DNA of 62,857 nt, counting the filler, from Squatina squatina (taxonomy: Eukaryota): the NCBI GenBank assembly GCA_031763465.1. It is 4 parts of 4 records of this genome, joined end to end, with 100 filler letters (N's around TTAATTAATTAA, not from the genome) between each part and the next. Parts side by side here need not be neighbours in the genome. Positions count along the whole stretch, not along the records: positions 1 to 21,667 come from JARFOE010000235.1; positions 21,768 to 36,095 come from JARFOE010000234.1; 2 more parts are not named here. One strand, given 5' to 3'. A program made the position numbers and the translations under genes. The notes beneath the pieces are model-generated. The model was not told the DNA's origin. It saw only the letters and a list, made by a program, of their open reading frames with translations, and ran no database searches. Below, one piece after another: positions 12,796 through 26,285 of this stretch. How positions within the stretch are numbered: position 1 is the first letter of the stretch; each line of letters begins with the position of its first letter.

Positions 12796-13416
12796 TGAGG
12801 TAAAGTTCTGCGGACCACACACATCCCCTCGGTATTTGCAAGAAAGCAGCATGTCCTCCAACTGATGGCCCAAGCGGTCCATGAAGTCCAGGCTGATCCC
12901 TTCAAAACTCCGGGGCGGCAGAAAGAGGCGGAAATCGGAGAGTTTCTGGAACCACTGCTGGCGATCTTCTTTGATGAGCTCAATGACCAGGGGGCGAGCG
13001 GTGCGGTTCTCGGTGAGCAGCCCCAGCCACTGGCCCGCGTAGTACAGGTCACTTTTGGTCAGCTGGTAGAAGCGGATGGGGTTGTTGTTACAGATGGTGA
13101 GGGCGGGGAAGTTCAGCTCCTTGGTCCACTCCATGTGAAACCTGGTGTGGGACGGGAACGAGAGCAAGTAGAGGAACCGGTTGGAGGACCAGGAGATCAG
13201 GAACCCCAACGAGGTGCAAAAGGCCAAGAACCAAACCACTCGGTGGTGCAGCGAGTAGTGCTGTGAACAGATGTATTTAATCCCGTGGATCTTTGCCTGC
13301 TTCACAAATGTGTGAGTTATCTCTCTAATGTTGTGCGGTCGGCCTTTCCCTTCTGCTGCAACCTTCTCTGGATGGGCACGGGAGCCTCTGGCCTCTTGGA
13401 CATCCTCCAAGGCCAT
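12796..13416 (-). CDS. ASIC2: ASIC2-like acid-sensing ion channel, coding exon 1 (ASIC2b-type N-terminus, HG motif, TM1, start of ectodomain)
   Basis: Translates to MALEDV...KIHGIKYI...VWFLAFCTSLGFLISWSSNRFLYLLSFPSHTR...FPALTICNNNP...FRLFLPPRSFEGISLDFMDRLGHQLEDMLLSCKYRG...QNFTS, closely matching the recalled mammalian ASIC2b-specific exon. Donor GTGAGT follows 12796 (phase 0). ATG at 13416 has a good Kozak context (GTCATGG); a weaker in-frame ATG lies at 13485. Orthology to ASIC2 versus a paralog is unresolved. Confidence 0.93.
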
Positions 13417-13773
13417 GACTCCCCAGTGGGTCACTCTGACAGCAGCGACTTCCTCAAGACAAAACTGAAATCTGCTTCCCCACATTCAGTCAACTGGGCT
13501 GGAATGAGTGGCTCCAGGATCAAAAATCGAAGTTCAGGCAGCTCTCACAAAAAAAAGTGGTAACCCCAGTGATTTCACTGTAACTTTTTCCACAAACCGG
13601 GTTTCTCAAGTCTTCATTTTAGATCTTGCCAGCTCCATCTAGAAGAAAGAAATNNNNNNNNNNNNNNNNNNNNNNNNNNNNNNNNNNNNNNNNNNNNNNN
13701 NNNNNNNNNNNNNNNNNNNNNNNNNNNNNNNNNNNNNNNNNNNNNNNNNNNNNCAGGTGAATATTTATTACGC

Positions 13774-13950
13774 TATTTATCTCCGCCTCTCTATCTCTCT
13801 TTCCTCCTTATAACCTACCTCTTTGACCAAGCTTTTGGTCATCTGCCCTAATTTCTCCTTATGTGGCTCGGTGTCAAATTTTGTTTTATAACACTCATGT
13901 GAAGACGTTTTACTATGTTAAAGGTGCTATATAAATACAAACTGTTGTTG
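13774..13950 (+). mobile_element. L2 LINE 3' end
   Basis: acctacctctttgaccaagcttttggtc...aaaggtgctatataaat...gttgttg. Confidence 0.75.
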
Positions 13951-15770
13951 ATAGGAATTTGGCAGGCAATGCCACACTATCAAAGATAATGCTAAGTTAT
14001 CACCCTTGTGAAGGGCTGTATTATCAGGTACAGGCAGTTTCACACTCCGAGTTCTGCAATACTGTTATATCACTAACCAAACACATGGATCATGTTGTGA
14101 AATTTGGCAGTGAAAGCCAATTCTCATTAACCTGTACACTGCTTTAAATTGATTCCTCAGAAATCATAACTATAGCATAAATCTGGGATCCAAAGATAAG
14201 AGTTTTAATTTTTTTTGCAGCTGAACAAAGAATGGATTATATTGATGTAAATCAAATCCTTTGGTTGTAATTCATTTACAGCACTGCAGTCATGGGAGTA
14301 CAAGAATGCTACTTGTTCCCACAGGCAATTCTTTATGTCCAGATTATAAATAACCTACAATCAAATCTAAATGAAATGTGACAAACTGAAACCACTCTAA
14401 GACCAGAGAAAACGGGTTTTTCTACTCCAAAGATAACTCAGTTCCATAACTCTCTGTTCCCTTGGCAGACATTCCAAACTACACTGGATACTTCTCAACC
14501 TACATTTCTCTATTCCAGAAATGGGTGTATATAATATATATATATATCTTTATGCATTCAAAATTCCTTCCTGTCACACCAGACTTCATTCCACTTCTCT
14601 CTAGTCAATCTCCAGACACCTCTTCTTTTTAGTCCTACACCTTACAGCTCCATTCTATACTACAAAGCACAACAGACACTTATAACTCACCACACTTTTC
14701 GTAAATAAGACACTTTCATTCCACATGTATCTATTCTTTTACAAGACACATCCAAAACACACCTTTCAACTATAAGACTAGATACATCTATTGCTATTTN
14801 NNNNNNNNNNNNNNNNNNNNNNNNNNNNNNNNNNNNNNNNNNNNNNNNNNNNNNNNNNNNNNNNNNNNNNNNNNNNNNNNNNNNNNNNNNNNNNNNNNNA
14901 TTGTACTAAGGTTCATTTGTGCAATTGTGACTAAACAGAGGGAAAAAAAGACAGTACTTATAATTAAAATCGATTTGCCTGTTACTGTAACTCCTTTCTC
15001 AATCCACCTTTTTGTGCTTGTTCTAGCTGTGCTGCAATAGTGTACAAGATCAGTGTCAAGATCTAAGGAACAACACGGTATTTGTACAATGACTAGTGCT
15101 AGCTACCCGGTATTCATGAGAGTTCCTTCCAGAATTCCAGTGAGATCTCATTGAGTTCAAAACAATGAGACAGTTATTCACGCAGGCATTATTGCCAGAT
15201 CTTTTAGAGGTCATTTGAAACTCTGAATAAAATGCAGCATTGGTATTCCGTGCGCTATTGTCACTCACTTTGAGATAGCAAGCAAAGCAGAGAGTAAAAA
15301 GCCTTTCAACTCCCCTATCAATCTGTGTCACATTTACGTTTCTTTGCAAGCCTCTTGCTTTTTTTTTTAACTTTCTTGAGCCTTTTCCTTATTCCAATAT
15401 CATTAAACTGACAAGGCACATTTTTAAATGCATCGAAAAAGAACCTTGTTATCTGTTAGGAAATCCCTCTCTTACCTCCAGTCTCCACAACTTGTCACAC
15501 CCTTTCTGATTTTCTCTCCATTTTATCACTATTGCAAGTCAGTGCTCCCTGAACTTCCCTCTCTTCTTCCTTCTAAGCTCCGTGTGTGCAAGGTTAGAAG
15601 CTACTCCTCCTCACTGCCTCTTCACCGTTGAGATTAAAAATGCAGCCGGTAACTCTTTCTAACAAACTCANNNNNNNNNNNNNNNNNNNNNNNNNNNNNN
15701 NNNNNNNNNNNNNNNNNNNNNNNNNNNNNNNNNNNNNNNNNNNNNNNNNNNNNNNNNNNNNNNNNNNNNN

Positions 15771-15912
15771 CCCTCTATTCCCTTCTCCCTCATATGATTG
15801 TCTAGCCTCCCCTTAAATGCATCCATACTATTCACTTCAACCACTCACTGTGGCAGCGAGTTCCACATTCTCACCACTCTCTGGGTAAATAAGTTTCTCC
15901 TGAATTCCCTTT
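15771..15912 (-). mobile_element. CR1 LINE 3' fragment
   Basis: Minus strand encodes RNLFTQRVVRMWNSLP. Confidence 0.7.
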
Positions 15913-17692
15913 TGGACAATGATTATTCATGTCTGATTGCTTCTATAAGTTGATAAATTTGCACTGATTTAAATGTTACTTGCCAAACAAATAAACAGAG
16001 TAAATGAATGTTCTTTACGCCTCACAGCCAAACATTGCCATCATCATAAAAGAAATTGCTTAATTCAATTACCTCACAATAAAGAGAGAAAAATCATCAT
16101 GAAGATAAAATGTCATGTGGAGATTCAGGAGCTCCACTGCAGGGTTGTGGCTAGAACATTGCCCGAAACCTCATTGGCTACCTTAATTTTCAAAGTTTAC
16201 TAATCAGTATACATAATGTCATCTATCAATTGGGGCCCGACAGCACCTCCATCGCCCAATTTGGAAATCCTGAATTAGATTCCTGTTCTACTGTACTACA
16301 CCGTTGCCATGTTCACCCTTTATAGTAAGTTTCAGTTACTTCCATAGGACCGGCTAGGTCACCAGTCTCAGGTGGGGGCAGAGGAAGGCATCAGAAGCCC
16401 AATGCAATTGATTGCTCTGAGCCAGGCCATCCTTTAAATTTGAGCACTGCCTTAGCAATGCTGGGTGGCATTAATGCAAGGTATTCCTGACATGCAGCAT
16501 TACTACAGCATTAATGATGGGAAAGCCATTGAATAACATGTTCCTGTCAATTTCCTCTGTTTTAACAACTGCCTAAATATGGGTGGATATATCTAATGCC
16601 CATTGTCATTTCTTCCAGACATTGACAAACTGGTGGAATTCCTTACCATCCCAAATCTTAGAGTTTCCACAATTAGCTATATGATAGACCTCTGCCTTCA
16701 ATATGGTGCAAGGACCTGCACAGGCCAGCTTGCAACCAGCCAACACATCAACAACGATTTAATCCAAGTCTTCACATGAGGACATTTTGGTAAAAAGAGC
16801 TGCCGGGAGGCTGACCTACCCTCCAGGATATTCAGTGGCAGGATGGTGCCCACCTTCCCTGCAATGAGAGCATGCTTATGTGATGCCCTACCAACAAAAA
16901 ACAAAAGTCCTCCCGTTTCTTGATGGTTCATTCTACAGTGACAACCTATAAGAATTTGACTGAACTGCTACTGAAAGGTTTTGCATAATCTACAGCTGAC
17001 CAAGTGACATTTTCTTCATTTGTATTCATTTGTGGCATGTTAGCTGCTTGAGAAGTGTAAAAGGACGATTATTCCAGATTTTGCCTTGAATGGCTGGTTT
17101 TCTAACATTCTCATTAACAAAGCTGGCCGCAGCAAAACTGCTCGCACCCAGAATTTTAATTAGCACTTGCTAAAATTTTACTCATTTTACTGCCAGGCAG
17201 GTAGGGTTATTACAACTCAAGATTGCATACCTCCCAGAACTGTAACTTATTATCTGCATATTTCAAACTCTGTACACTCTATTAGACTTGACTATTCCAA
17301 CACACTCCTGGGCAGCCTCCCACATTCTACCCTCCATAACCTTGAGGTCATCCAAGATTCAGCTACGATAGGCTAATCACCCCAGAAGGAACAGTCAGTG
17401 CTGTATGAGATGTCAGAGAGCAGTGTCAGCTATACTTAGTCCTGCTCCATTTGTCTTGCTCTTGTCAATGGTTCACTTACAGGTTTCATTTCCTTGACAG
17501 GGTAAGCATCGAGTCAATACCTGCGGGAATTAAATGCACCTGAGTTTCAATAAAGAAGGCAACCTGGAAGAAATCCCTGTCCCTTGTACTCGNNNNNNNN
17601 NNNNNNNNNNNNNNNNNNNNNNNNNNNNNNNNNNNNNNNNNNNNNNNNNNNNNNNNNNNNNNNNNNNNNNNNNNNNNNNNNNNNNNNNNNNN

Positions 17693-17820
17693 GGGATCAG
17701 GGGATATGGGGAGAAAGCAGGGACAGGGTACTGAATTTGGATGATCAGCCATGATCTCATTGAATGGCGAAGCAGGCTCGAAGGGCCGAATGGCCGACTC
17801 CTGCTCCTATCTTCTATGTT
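17693..17820 (+). mobile_element. CR1-type 3' tail (HER1/HE1-like)
   Basis: gatcagccatgatctcattgaatggcgaagcaggctcgaagggccgaatggcc...ttctatgtt; the same tail recurs at about 8400, 45997, 48116, 48416 and 58754. Confidence 0.75.
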
Positions 17821-20800
17821 TAAGTTGAGGTATAATTGACAGATGGTTGTGACTCACCAGTAACTCATTCAAGTGCATGTGTGAGCTTGAGCAATGAGTG
17901 TTGGTAAGCTAACCAAATCCTGCCACTATATAACATCCACATATCTGCTTTATCCACGGTGATCACCAAAGAATGATCTGGAATGAGAACCGAGGCTGAT
18001 TTTTTAATTTTTATTCCACTCTCTCCCAAGCCTAGAAACAACAAAGCCCGTTGTGGTACATCCACTGCACTCTCTGCTCAGTGTCACACAATATCGTGCA
18101 TTGACTCACTGAATGGGAGATGATTTAGAACACTGGTTTAGAATTTGCCGTCATATAGATAGACTTGTGTAATGAACTCCTTTTCTATATAGCCTAATCG
18201 GTCAGGAGTGATCTAACAATTTATAAAAGGAGAAATTGCATTGTGAATACAAAATAAGCTTCAAAAATTGAACTTAAAAAAGCATGACTTTCAGGGATAA
18301 TTCCACTCTATAGCACATGTAATTGTATTTTGCAGAAGTGCACTAACTGCTGATTCTGTGCAAGTCCAGCTGTCTTGCATAAGCACTTGTGCTATTAAAC
18401 CTGTTATTAAGTGTGATCAGCAGATCAAGGTTGATGGCCAGCCTTACTGTTCTTTAATTTTACTTCCATTGGTAAGAGATGTAGTGAATAACCAGTAGAA
18501 CTAGGAGGGCAACAGACTAAATCACAATTAGTACACATTGTTGATGTACTCATTTACTATGGTGGCAATTTCATAAGTTCTAAGTCCACAAGGGCAAAAT
18601 GGCTAACTTTTTTGGAGGCACAAGGTTTGCTTCCAAGATTTTTTCCAAAAGTTACTGACAGCTGTGCAATACTTTTCAAATTCTGCTCTCTGGAGTTGCA
18701 TGCATCTGGATTGGATGTAATATAAAGAGGCATTGTGCTGCATGGTCAGAATTTCCAGTGGAACTTTAAAAAAAATAAATCTAGTCCAAACTTTTCTCAT
18801 GTGTCTGCTGCCATCCTAGCTCCATTGTCTGTACACCTGCCAGCTTTCACCACCAAAAAGAGTCTGCAATTCTCAAAATATGTTTAGCAGTGTTGTAGAT
18901 TCTAGTCCATGCAGCCTGGAATGCAACTCATAGCCATGAGACAGTGAGATTGCATCCACACTACCTATCCAATACTTAATTGGGAATTATTCCATTTATT
19001 TATAACAGACTTGTGCAGAGCCAAACTCTACTCAGTTTCAAGCTAATTTCTGAAGGGGCATAACCAGAGGTCAAGTCAGGACATGTGAAACCCAAACTGA
19101 ACCCAATGAATCCAGTCTATAACCGCAGTGAGGTAGGGTTCCCTGTGGGGGACATTTTCTCTAGTATCTAGTTTCTATAATAGAAGAAATTGAAACTGGA
19201 TAATACATGTCTGTTTTAGGATATTAGACCTATACATATTTTACTTTGACCTTATTTGGTTTAAGTTTTGTACATTCCAAAAGTCTGGTATTTCAACCTG
19301 ATCATAGCTGAGGCTCTTTGAAGCCAAAATAGGTAAATAAACATTTGCGATGTTCATAATATTTACCAGTCTCAGTATTCTCATTTTTCCACCTCGCACA
19401 GTCGTGTGAGATTGTATCAATAATCTTGTGATTTTAACATTTTAGTTGGGTAAACTGGTTAAAGGTTCATTATACAAACAGTAATTATTGAAATCTTTCA
19501 ACAACAAGTCTACTTTTCTTGGGAAGGGAACAAACTAATTCACAATTATTATTTGCTGCACTCATTTATTATGGTGGTGATTGTGTAATTTCAAAGACCT
19601 CAATGGAAAACTATTCAAGGGCAAAATGGCGAACTTTTTGTAGGCACAAGTTTGGTTTCCAAAGTTTTCAACCACTGGGGTTTTTCCTCGCCTCATGTCT
19701 GGGTTTGTTGTAGACTAATTGATTGCAATTGCTTGCTGTGATTAGTTATATCATGTGAACTAGATGAACCTTGGTCTTTTTTCATTTTCGCAATTTCTAT
19801 GTTCTAAAAATCCTTAACCAGTTTTGTATTGAAAACCATTTATTTGAATGGAACACGTTTCCACCTAATTACTATTATCATTCCCTTCAATTAATAAAAT
19901 TATCTGAAAAAAAATTGTCGGGTCCCTGAAGAAATCAATTTTTTTTTCCACAAAGCACTCTTTAAAATGTGTTGATGTCTGAGTGCGATGACTCCTGGCG
20001 GCACAACAGGATTATATAATATTGTGCATTTATTGGTCTCGAAATTGGACAGAAAAGACCAACAGCCGCAAACAAGATATCTGCTTCGCTACACGATGAG
20101 AAGGAACACTTTCAGTGACGTTGCCTGCCCCTTCAGTGCACATCAGTGTAAGAACTACTGACGTCTGTCGGTCTTTGTCCTCTGCTTTTCTCAATATTCT
20201 GATCGTGTTCCACTAACAATGGATATTAGGAATTTAATAGAAGGCAACTGCAGCTGCAAAATCTTTTAATTAAAAGTCTCTCATCTGTCAAACCGTTTGC
20301 TAAGAGAAAAGAAGATGGAGACCAAACTCAGTTTGATGGCAGTGTCTGGCTTGTAAATTAAGTGCATGATCTCCTCGAAGTTGATTTATTTATCGCTCCG
20401 TGCAGCGCAGGCACATCTTTAACCTGTCAGCCAGGCCTTTGTGCTGCAAACTAAAAGTTTGAGCATGTAATAATGATAGATATAATTAAAGTAATTAAAT
20501 GGTAATGCATTGAGAAGCAAAACAACAAAAAAAGACAAATCATTGTGCTGCGATGACAGCAGCAACTACACAAGTTAAGCAAGTACAAAGCAATCTCAAC
20601 AAAAAGGTCTGGATGGCTTGCACGGACTAGATTTTAAATTAAAAGTGAACCCATTTCACTCTGTCTTTCACATAGACTATCTATTTGCTGCCTTTATCTG
20701 ACTTCATGACAGCTGAGATAATACACATCAAAATTCCAAATTTCCTCTTTAGGACGCCATCAGATTTTAGAATGTATGTAGAATACATACAGATACACAG

Positions 20801-21667
20801 TCCAAATATAAACATGCTCCTATCGTTTGCAGTTTCATATTTGACCCAACCATATAGAATTCAACGACCCAAACCAATTCCCCTTCTAACCTGCTATGTA
20901 GACTCACTGGATAGAATTTTAATGGATAGCACGATTCACTTCCACTGTATAATATTGCAATGAACTAGATCGTCTTTCACTGTCCAGAAATCCAGTGAAC
21001 CAATCCAATTGTCAGTNNNNNNNNNNNNNNNNNNNNNNNNNNNNNNNNNNNNNNNNNNNNNNNNNNNNNNNNNNNNNNNNNNNNNNNNNNNNNNNNNNNN
21101 NNNNNNNNNNNNNNNNGGTCACTTGAGAAAGTGTCAAATAAAACCTGCAATTAGGAGACCGAGTGTTCTCCTGTTTAAATGACCTCATAAATATAGATTA
21201 GGGGTGTGTAGACTGTTTCAGTGAAGGTTGAGAATAATTCAAATTTTTAATTAAACTCTCCAGATCCTTTTAAATATTAATTGATGGTGATAATTAAAAA
21301 GCTGCAGTTAATGAAAAATCAGACTGGTTCATACGAGTTGAATTAAGTTTTGCCAAATAACCATATAACCTGTTGTTTCCATCTCCCATAGTTTTCCCTT
21401 TCTTAATTTTATCAATGTAAAGAGAGTTTACAATGTTACCTTTTTATTTCAAGAATCTACCTGTATTATTGGTAGCATTGGATCATTATCTGACTTGTTG
21501 ATTACTCATTCACTTTTTAGCAATCTGGTATGTAAATCATGGCCCAAAATTTGCTTTCACCGTCATTCCGCCTTTGAAACTGACCGCAATTTCAGGATTT
21601 GGTGCAGGCGTCAGTGGAAATCCCGAACTGCGGTCAGTAATTGACAGCTGCAGCACAGACTGCGCTA

Positions 21668-21767
21668 NNNNNNNNNNNNNNNNNNNNNNNNNNNNNNNNN
21701 NNNNNNNNNNNTTAATTAATTAANNNNNNNNNNNNNNNNNNNNNNNNNNNNNNNNNNNNNNNNNNNN
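21668..21767. other. Artificial scaffold-joining linker (44 N + TTAATTAATTAA + 44 N)
   Basis: TTAATTAATTAA at 21712-21723 is centred in a 100-nt gap and gives stop codons in all six frames. Confidence 0.95.
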
Positions 21768-22675
21768 AAGTTTATCCAACTTACTGCGAGCAATAATACA
21801 GGAAATCTGTTAGAATTAAAACTTTCATGAATTAATTTCAAACTTCATTACTGTTCATATAATTTACAATGTGTTATTGTACCTAGTCATTCCATCTACG
21901 AGTTAAACAAATCCTTGTCCTTTGACCTGCACAGCTGATACGTCCATGTCTCTTTATTTGCAGGTTCAGAATAATCATGGGGAAGTGATGTCTGTCCCAG
22001 ATGAGGTACCTAGTGCGTCTGAAGGCATGTGAAAGCAAAAGATGTGCCACAAATTATATTCAGATAGTGGGAGGCAATTTGTAATCTGCATATATGCTTC
22101 AGTGGGCAATAGAGGCAAGGGTAACATATGTTCCAGAGGTTACAGATGGTGTCTCCTTTGGCCCATTAAAGTCCCAGAGCATGCAGGATGTTGTAACTTA
22201 ATTTTATGGGAGAGATTAGATGCACTTGTGGATGTTGTACAATATGGGTTCACTCCTATATGTAGGGGCATAAATTTTGCAGAATCTGGTTATCTCAAAA
22301 TATCTGGGCTGAAAACTGGTGGCTGTTTTGGTGCACTCCCACTGTAACTCCAGAAAGGCAGAATACTAGGCCAAGACCTGGGATCTGGCTTGACATTGGA
22401 GAATCTGTGGGCTTTGGAAGGGGTGGAATTACTCCCCTTAAGGCCAGCAGTGTAGGAGGGAATAGGATGGGGCATGGACTCCATATGCCTGGAGTTCCTG
22501 TGCCCCCATATCTGAGAGATTCANNNNNNNNNNNNNNNNNNNNNNNNNNNNNNNNNNNNNNNNNNNNNNNNNNNNNNNNNNNNNNNNNNNNNNNNNNNNN
22601 NNNNNNNNNNNNNNNNNNNNNNNATTGTAGTGATTTACCAATTTACATTTTCCCTACTTTGCTTTGTTTGACCAG

Positions 22676-22846
22676 TTCCACAGGAACAGACCAAGAAGGT
22701 AAGGAACTTATGTCTCACTGCCCATCAACTTAGGTGCCTTTCCCAGCTGATGAAAATTCTCCTTCATCTGGAAAAGCGAATGGAGGAACTAACTTCAGAG
22801 GTCTTTTTGGGAAACTCTTCCACACAGCAAGGCAGAAGTGTTCGAG
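22676..22846 (+). CDS. KIAA0825: KIAA0825 homolog, internal exon A (171 nt)
   Basis: Acceptor tttgtttgaccag, open frame PQEQTKKVRNLCLTAHQLRCLSQLMKILLHLEKRMEELTSEVFL..., donor GTAAAG. Aligns with recalled human RNFSL...LSQLIKSFMKLEKGVQELFDEI. Phase 1 to 1. Confidence 0.75.
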
Positions 22847-23348
22847 GTAAAGCTTATCTAATAGGTTTAGAAAGATTTGTTTTTCTTATTTCAGTTTACA
22901 GAATTAAAACATTTTTATTTATATTTTATGGGAGTATAGTTTCCTTTGCTTCCCCCCTAGTTTCCCTTGCCTGTGCAATATTGTGGCTCAGAGTATGGGT
23001 GGGTGACCTAATCTGATTTAACCACTGGGAGGTGAATGGGAGCAGTGCTCAAACATGTTGTGTCACTATGCTGTGCAACACTGCAATAAATATCTTTAAT
23101 TATACAGATTTCCCCCCAAACTCAGAAGATAACTTTGAAATCACAGTGGTTGTAGCATGACAAAATCTGTAAGAAGCATTAGTCTATAATTTTGAAAGCT
23201 AAAACACTGAAATTTACAGNNNNNNNNNNNNNNNNNNNNNNNNNNNNNNNNNNNNNNNNNNNNNNNNNNNNNNNNNNNNNNNNNNNNNNNNNNNNNNNNN
23301 NNNNNNNNNNNNNNNNNNNAACCTGATGCTACATTTATTCTTCCCTAG

Positions 23349-23614
23349 TTTTGTTCTGACATCATGGAAGAACTTGACACATTACTTCCATTGGCTCTGG
23401 CAAGCAATGAGAACTTTCTTCAGGAAATTAGAGAAAACTTTGTGGATGGCTGTTCCAAAGTAGCTGCAAATGTTCTGTCTCGACTTGAAGAGAGAAGCAA
23501 AGAGGTCCCTTCCAAGGTTCCAATACAAAACCTGTATGTTATCCTTTCCACAGCAATATTCATCCATAATTACTTAACCGAATATGGGAATTTGCTGAAA
23601 GAGACAAGCAAAAA
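23349..23614 (+). CDS. KIAA0825: KIAA0825 homolog, internal exon B (266 nt)
   Basis: Acceptor ttcttccctag, then FCSDIMEELDTLLPLALA...QEIRENFVDGCSKVAANVLSRLEERSKEVPSKVPIQNL...LSTAIF..., donor GTAAGT. Matches recalled human FCSDIMEKLDTMLPLALAC...ERAKEVPSKAP. Phase 0 to 2. Confidence 0.88.
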
Positions 23615-24119
23615 GTAAGTGCTCTGCACTCAAGCATTTAAATCGCAAATGCAAATAAAAAGTAAATAAATTTGTGTTTTATAGTAGCCAAACAGCATCT
23701 GATGGTATGTGCTTAATAAGAAAAGAATAATCAATGCTGCATTTATATGGCTGTTACTTACCTCTGTATTTAAAAAAAAATCACAAAAACAAGTTTGCAG
23801 TTTCTGTGTACAATAATTGACACTGTAGCCAAAATATTGAAGGAAAGTAATGGGAATTGTTTAAATATTATCATGATATTACTATTTTGGTGAGAAGAGA
23901 ACTTAAATTTGTCCAGAACCACAACTATATTTCTAAGAGTTTAAAACAAAGAACAATTTGTAAAAGTGATTTGAATGCTAACGTCAGCTCTAGGTTCAGC
24001 TCAGAGAGGAAATGAATGATTAATACCTAATAATCAGAACCATTTGTAGCAGTGGAGATTGTTGTCTTCTTATGCTAAGGCCTTAAATCTCTGTCTCTTT
24101 GATCATTCTTTCTGAATAG

Positions 24120-24270
24120 GCCGTTGTTCTTGCTGCCAATTCAGAGGTATCAGGAATTCATCAGAGTGATCCAGTTTCAAGTTACCAATTACTGCATAAG
24201 AGTTTGTGCTACAAGTATTTTCCAGGATGCACAGAGCCACCATTGGGATGACTCCAAATCTTTTTATGAG
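24120..24270 (+). CDS. KIAA0825: KIAA0825 homolog, internal exon C (151 nt)
   Basis: Not in the ORF track. AG acceptor, then (K)[50 protein letters not shown], donor GTGTGA. Splices in frame to exon B (AA|G = Lys). Matches recalled human QRYQEF...[27 protein letters not shown]. Confidence 0.9.
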
Positions 24271-25244
24271 GTGTGAGAATTAATTCAGTAGCTCTTTGTT
24301 TCTTATCTATTTCTACAACTGTGTTCTAATTGTATTTTGACTGTATTTGCTCAATAAGAAAAGAATAATCAATGTTGCTTATATATAGGGCTGTTATTTA
24401 TAGCACAGCAGTACTAAATGCTGCATGGTAAATTAATATATTTTTAATATGACTGTAAGTAATAATGGGTGTAATTTTTCTGGGAGAAAGTTTTAGCAGA
24501 TGTATTGCCTTTTCAGTTTGAAATATTACTATCACATGAAAATTTAATTTTGCTCTTCTCAGTGGTATTCAAACATATAAATACATCTAGTCTAGATTTT
24601 CCACTTTTACCACAATTTATACCAGAATGGCTATCGGTGGATTTTAGTATATTTAAATGGAAGTGTGCTCTTTTCACCCAGTCTTACACTTGAAGTCAAG
24701 AATTACTTTTCAGGTGCAGATTTGGACAGTAGCAAAGGCGCATTTGGAAGGTAGGAGTCAAAAATTGAAGGGATGGGTCCAAAAGCCTTTAGAAAGCCTC
24801 AGAAAACATCTCAACCCATTCCCATTCCTGACTGACCAGTCATATCTGAAGCAATTTTGTCTTGTTTTTGCTTTGTAGAGGTTCCTTTAATTCAGTCATT
24901 AGTCATAAAGAGTTAAAACAATTCTAGCTACAGTTAGAATTTTGTCTGAAGCTTAACTGTACACATATATTGTAACTTTCATCAGTTGTCTGCAATACTG
25001 AGCTCTTGTATTTTATATCACTTTCATAATTGAATTACAATGTTTAGNNNNNNNNNNNNNNNNNNNNNNNNNNNNNNNNNNNNNNNNNNNNNNNNNNNNN
25101 NNNNNNNNNNNNNNNNNNNNNNNNNNNNNNNNNNNNNNNNNNNNNNNTACTTTATTTCATTGGCTTTATATAGTAGTGTTAGTGGAGTTGGTGTTTTTGC
25201 CCAACCAACCTGTTAATTATAATTCTCAATTTTGATTTTGTCAG

Positions 25245-25364
25245 AGTATTTCATAATGGTTTCTGTGAATATATCTCTACACTACCATTGGAACCAGTGA
25301 ACAGCGGCTTACTGGAATGGTTACATTGGATTCAACCTTCCTGTTTCTCTAATGAATCACACAG
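25245..25364 (+). CDS. KIAA0825: KIAA0825 homolog, probable internal exon D (120 nt)
   Basis: Acceptor tttgattttgtcag, open frame VFHNGFCEYISTLPLEPVNSGLLEWLHWIQPSCFSNESH, donor GTAAAA. Phase 2 to 2, compatible with exon E. Only weak similarity to recalled human TFQHGLDE...PLYWVSCI. Confidence 0.62.
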
Positions 25365-25730
25365 GTAAAAAATGAAGTTTCCACATACTTTGTGAGAGGA
25401 TACTGAGATCTTATAAATCCAGAGTTCTAGGCTCTTAATTACTGTTTTAACATGGACCTTAAACTTTGCAGTTGCCATCCATGTTTTATTTCCCAGATAT
25501 ATATAGTTGAATGAAAAGATATGATGCACTCTGATTTTGTTGCAACAGGCACACACCAAAATCACTGTCACTCACCAAAACTAGCCCTTTGGGCTGTCCG
25601 TAAGCCACTATGAAATGATAAACTCCCCATCATTATCTATAATATACACTGAACTGTACATAAGGGCGATAATGCAATGTCCAATGCCCATAATACTCAA
25701 ATACAATGTTCAGTGACTGTTGTGCATTGT

Positions 25731-26285
25731 AACAACAGCAACTTGCATTTATATAGTGATTTTAATGTAGGAAAACTGCCCACCTCGCTTCACAGGAGCA
25801 TAATTAGACAAAAATGAACACCAAGCCAATGAAGGAGGCTTGACTAAAAGCTTAATCAAAGAGGTAGGTTTTAATGGGGATCTTAAAGGAGGAGGGAAAG
25901 GTGAACAGGCTTAGGGAGGGTGTTCGAGAGCTATGGGCTTAGGCAGCTGAAGGCACATTTGCCAATGGTAGGGCAAAGGAAGTGGGGGAAGCATAAGAGG
26001 GGTTGGAGTTCTTGGAGGGTCATAGGGCTGGAGGAGATTACAGCAATAGGGAGGGGCAAGGCCATGGAGGGATTTGAACATGATATGAGAATTTTAAATT
26101 CAAGGCTTTGGTGGACCGGGAGCCAACGTAGGTCAACAGGCACTGGGGTGATGATTGAGCAGGATTTGGTGCGGGTTCGGATCGTTTTGGATGTGCTGAA
26201 GTTTACGGAGGGTGGAAGATAGGATGCCAGCCAAGAGAGCATTGGAATAGTTGGGTCTAGAGGTAATAAAAGCATGGCTTGGGTT
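25731..26285 (-). mobile_element. L2 LINE 3' region
   Basis: Encodes ITPVPVDLRWLPVHQSLEFKILI; tail caacttgcatttatatag. Confidence 0.82.

Noticed and set aside
12865-13563. Plus-strand ORFs of 133 aa and 92 aa over ASIC exon 1
   Set aside because: Antisense shadows of a GC-rich coding exon, with no independent support.
13416-22676. Divergent (head-to-head) ASIC / KIAA0825 gene pair
   Set aside because: An artificial linker at 21668-21767 separates them, and the KIAA0825 5' exons are not visible.
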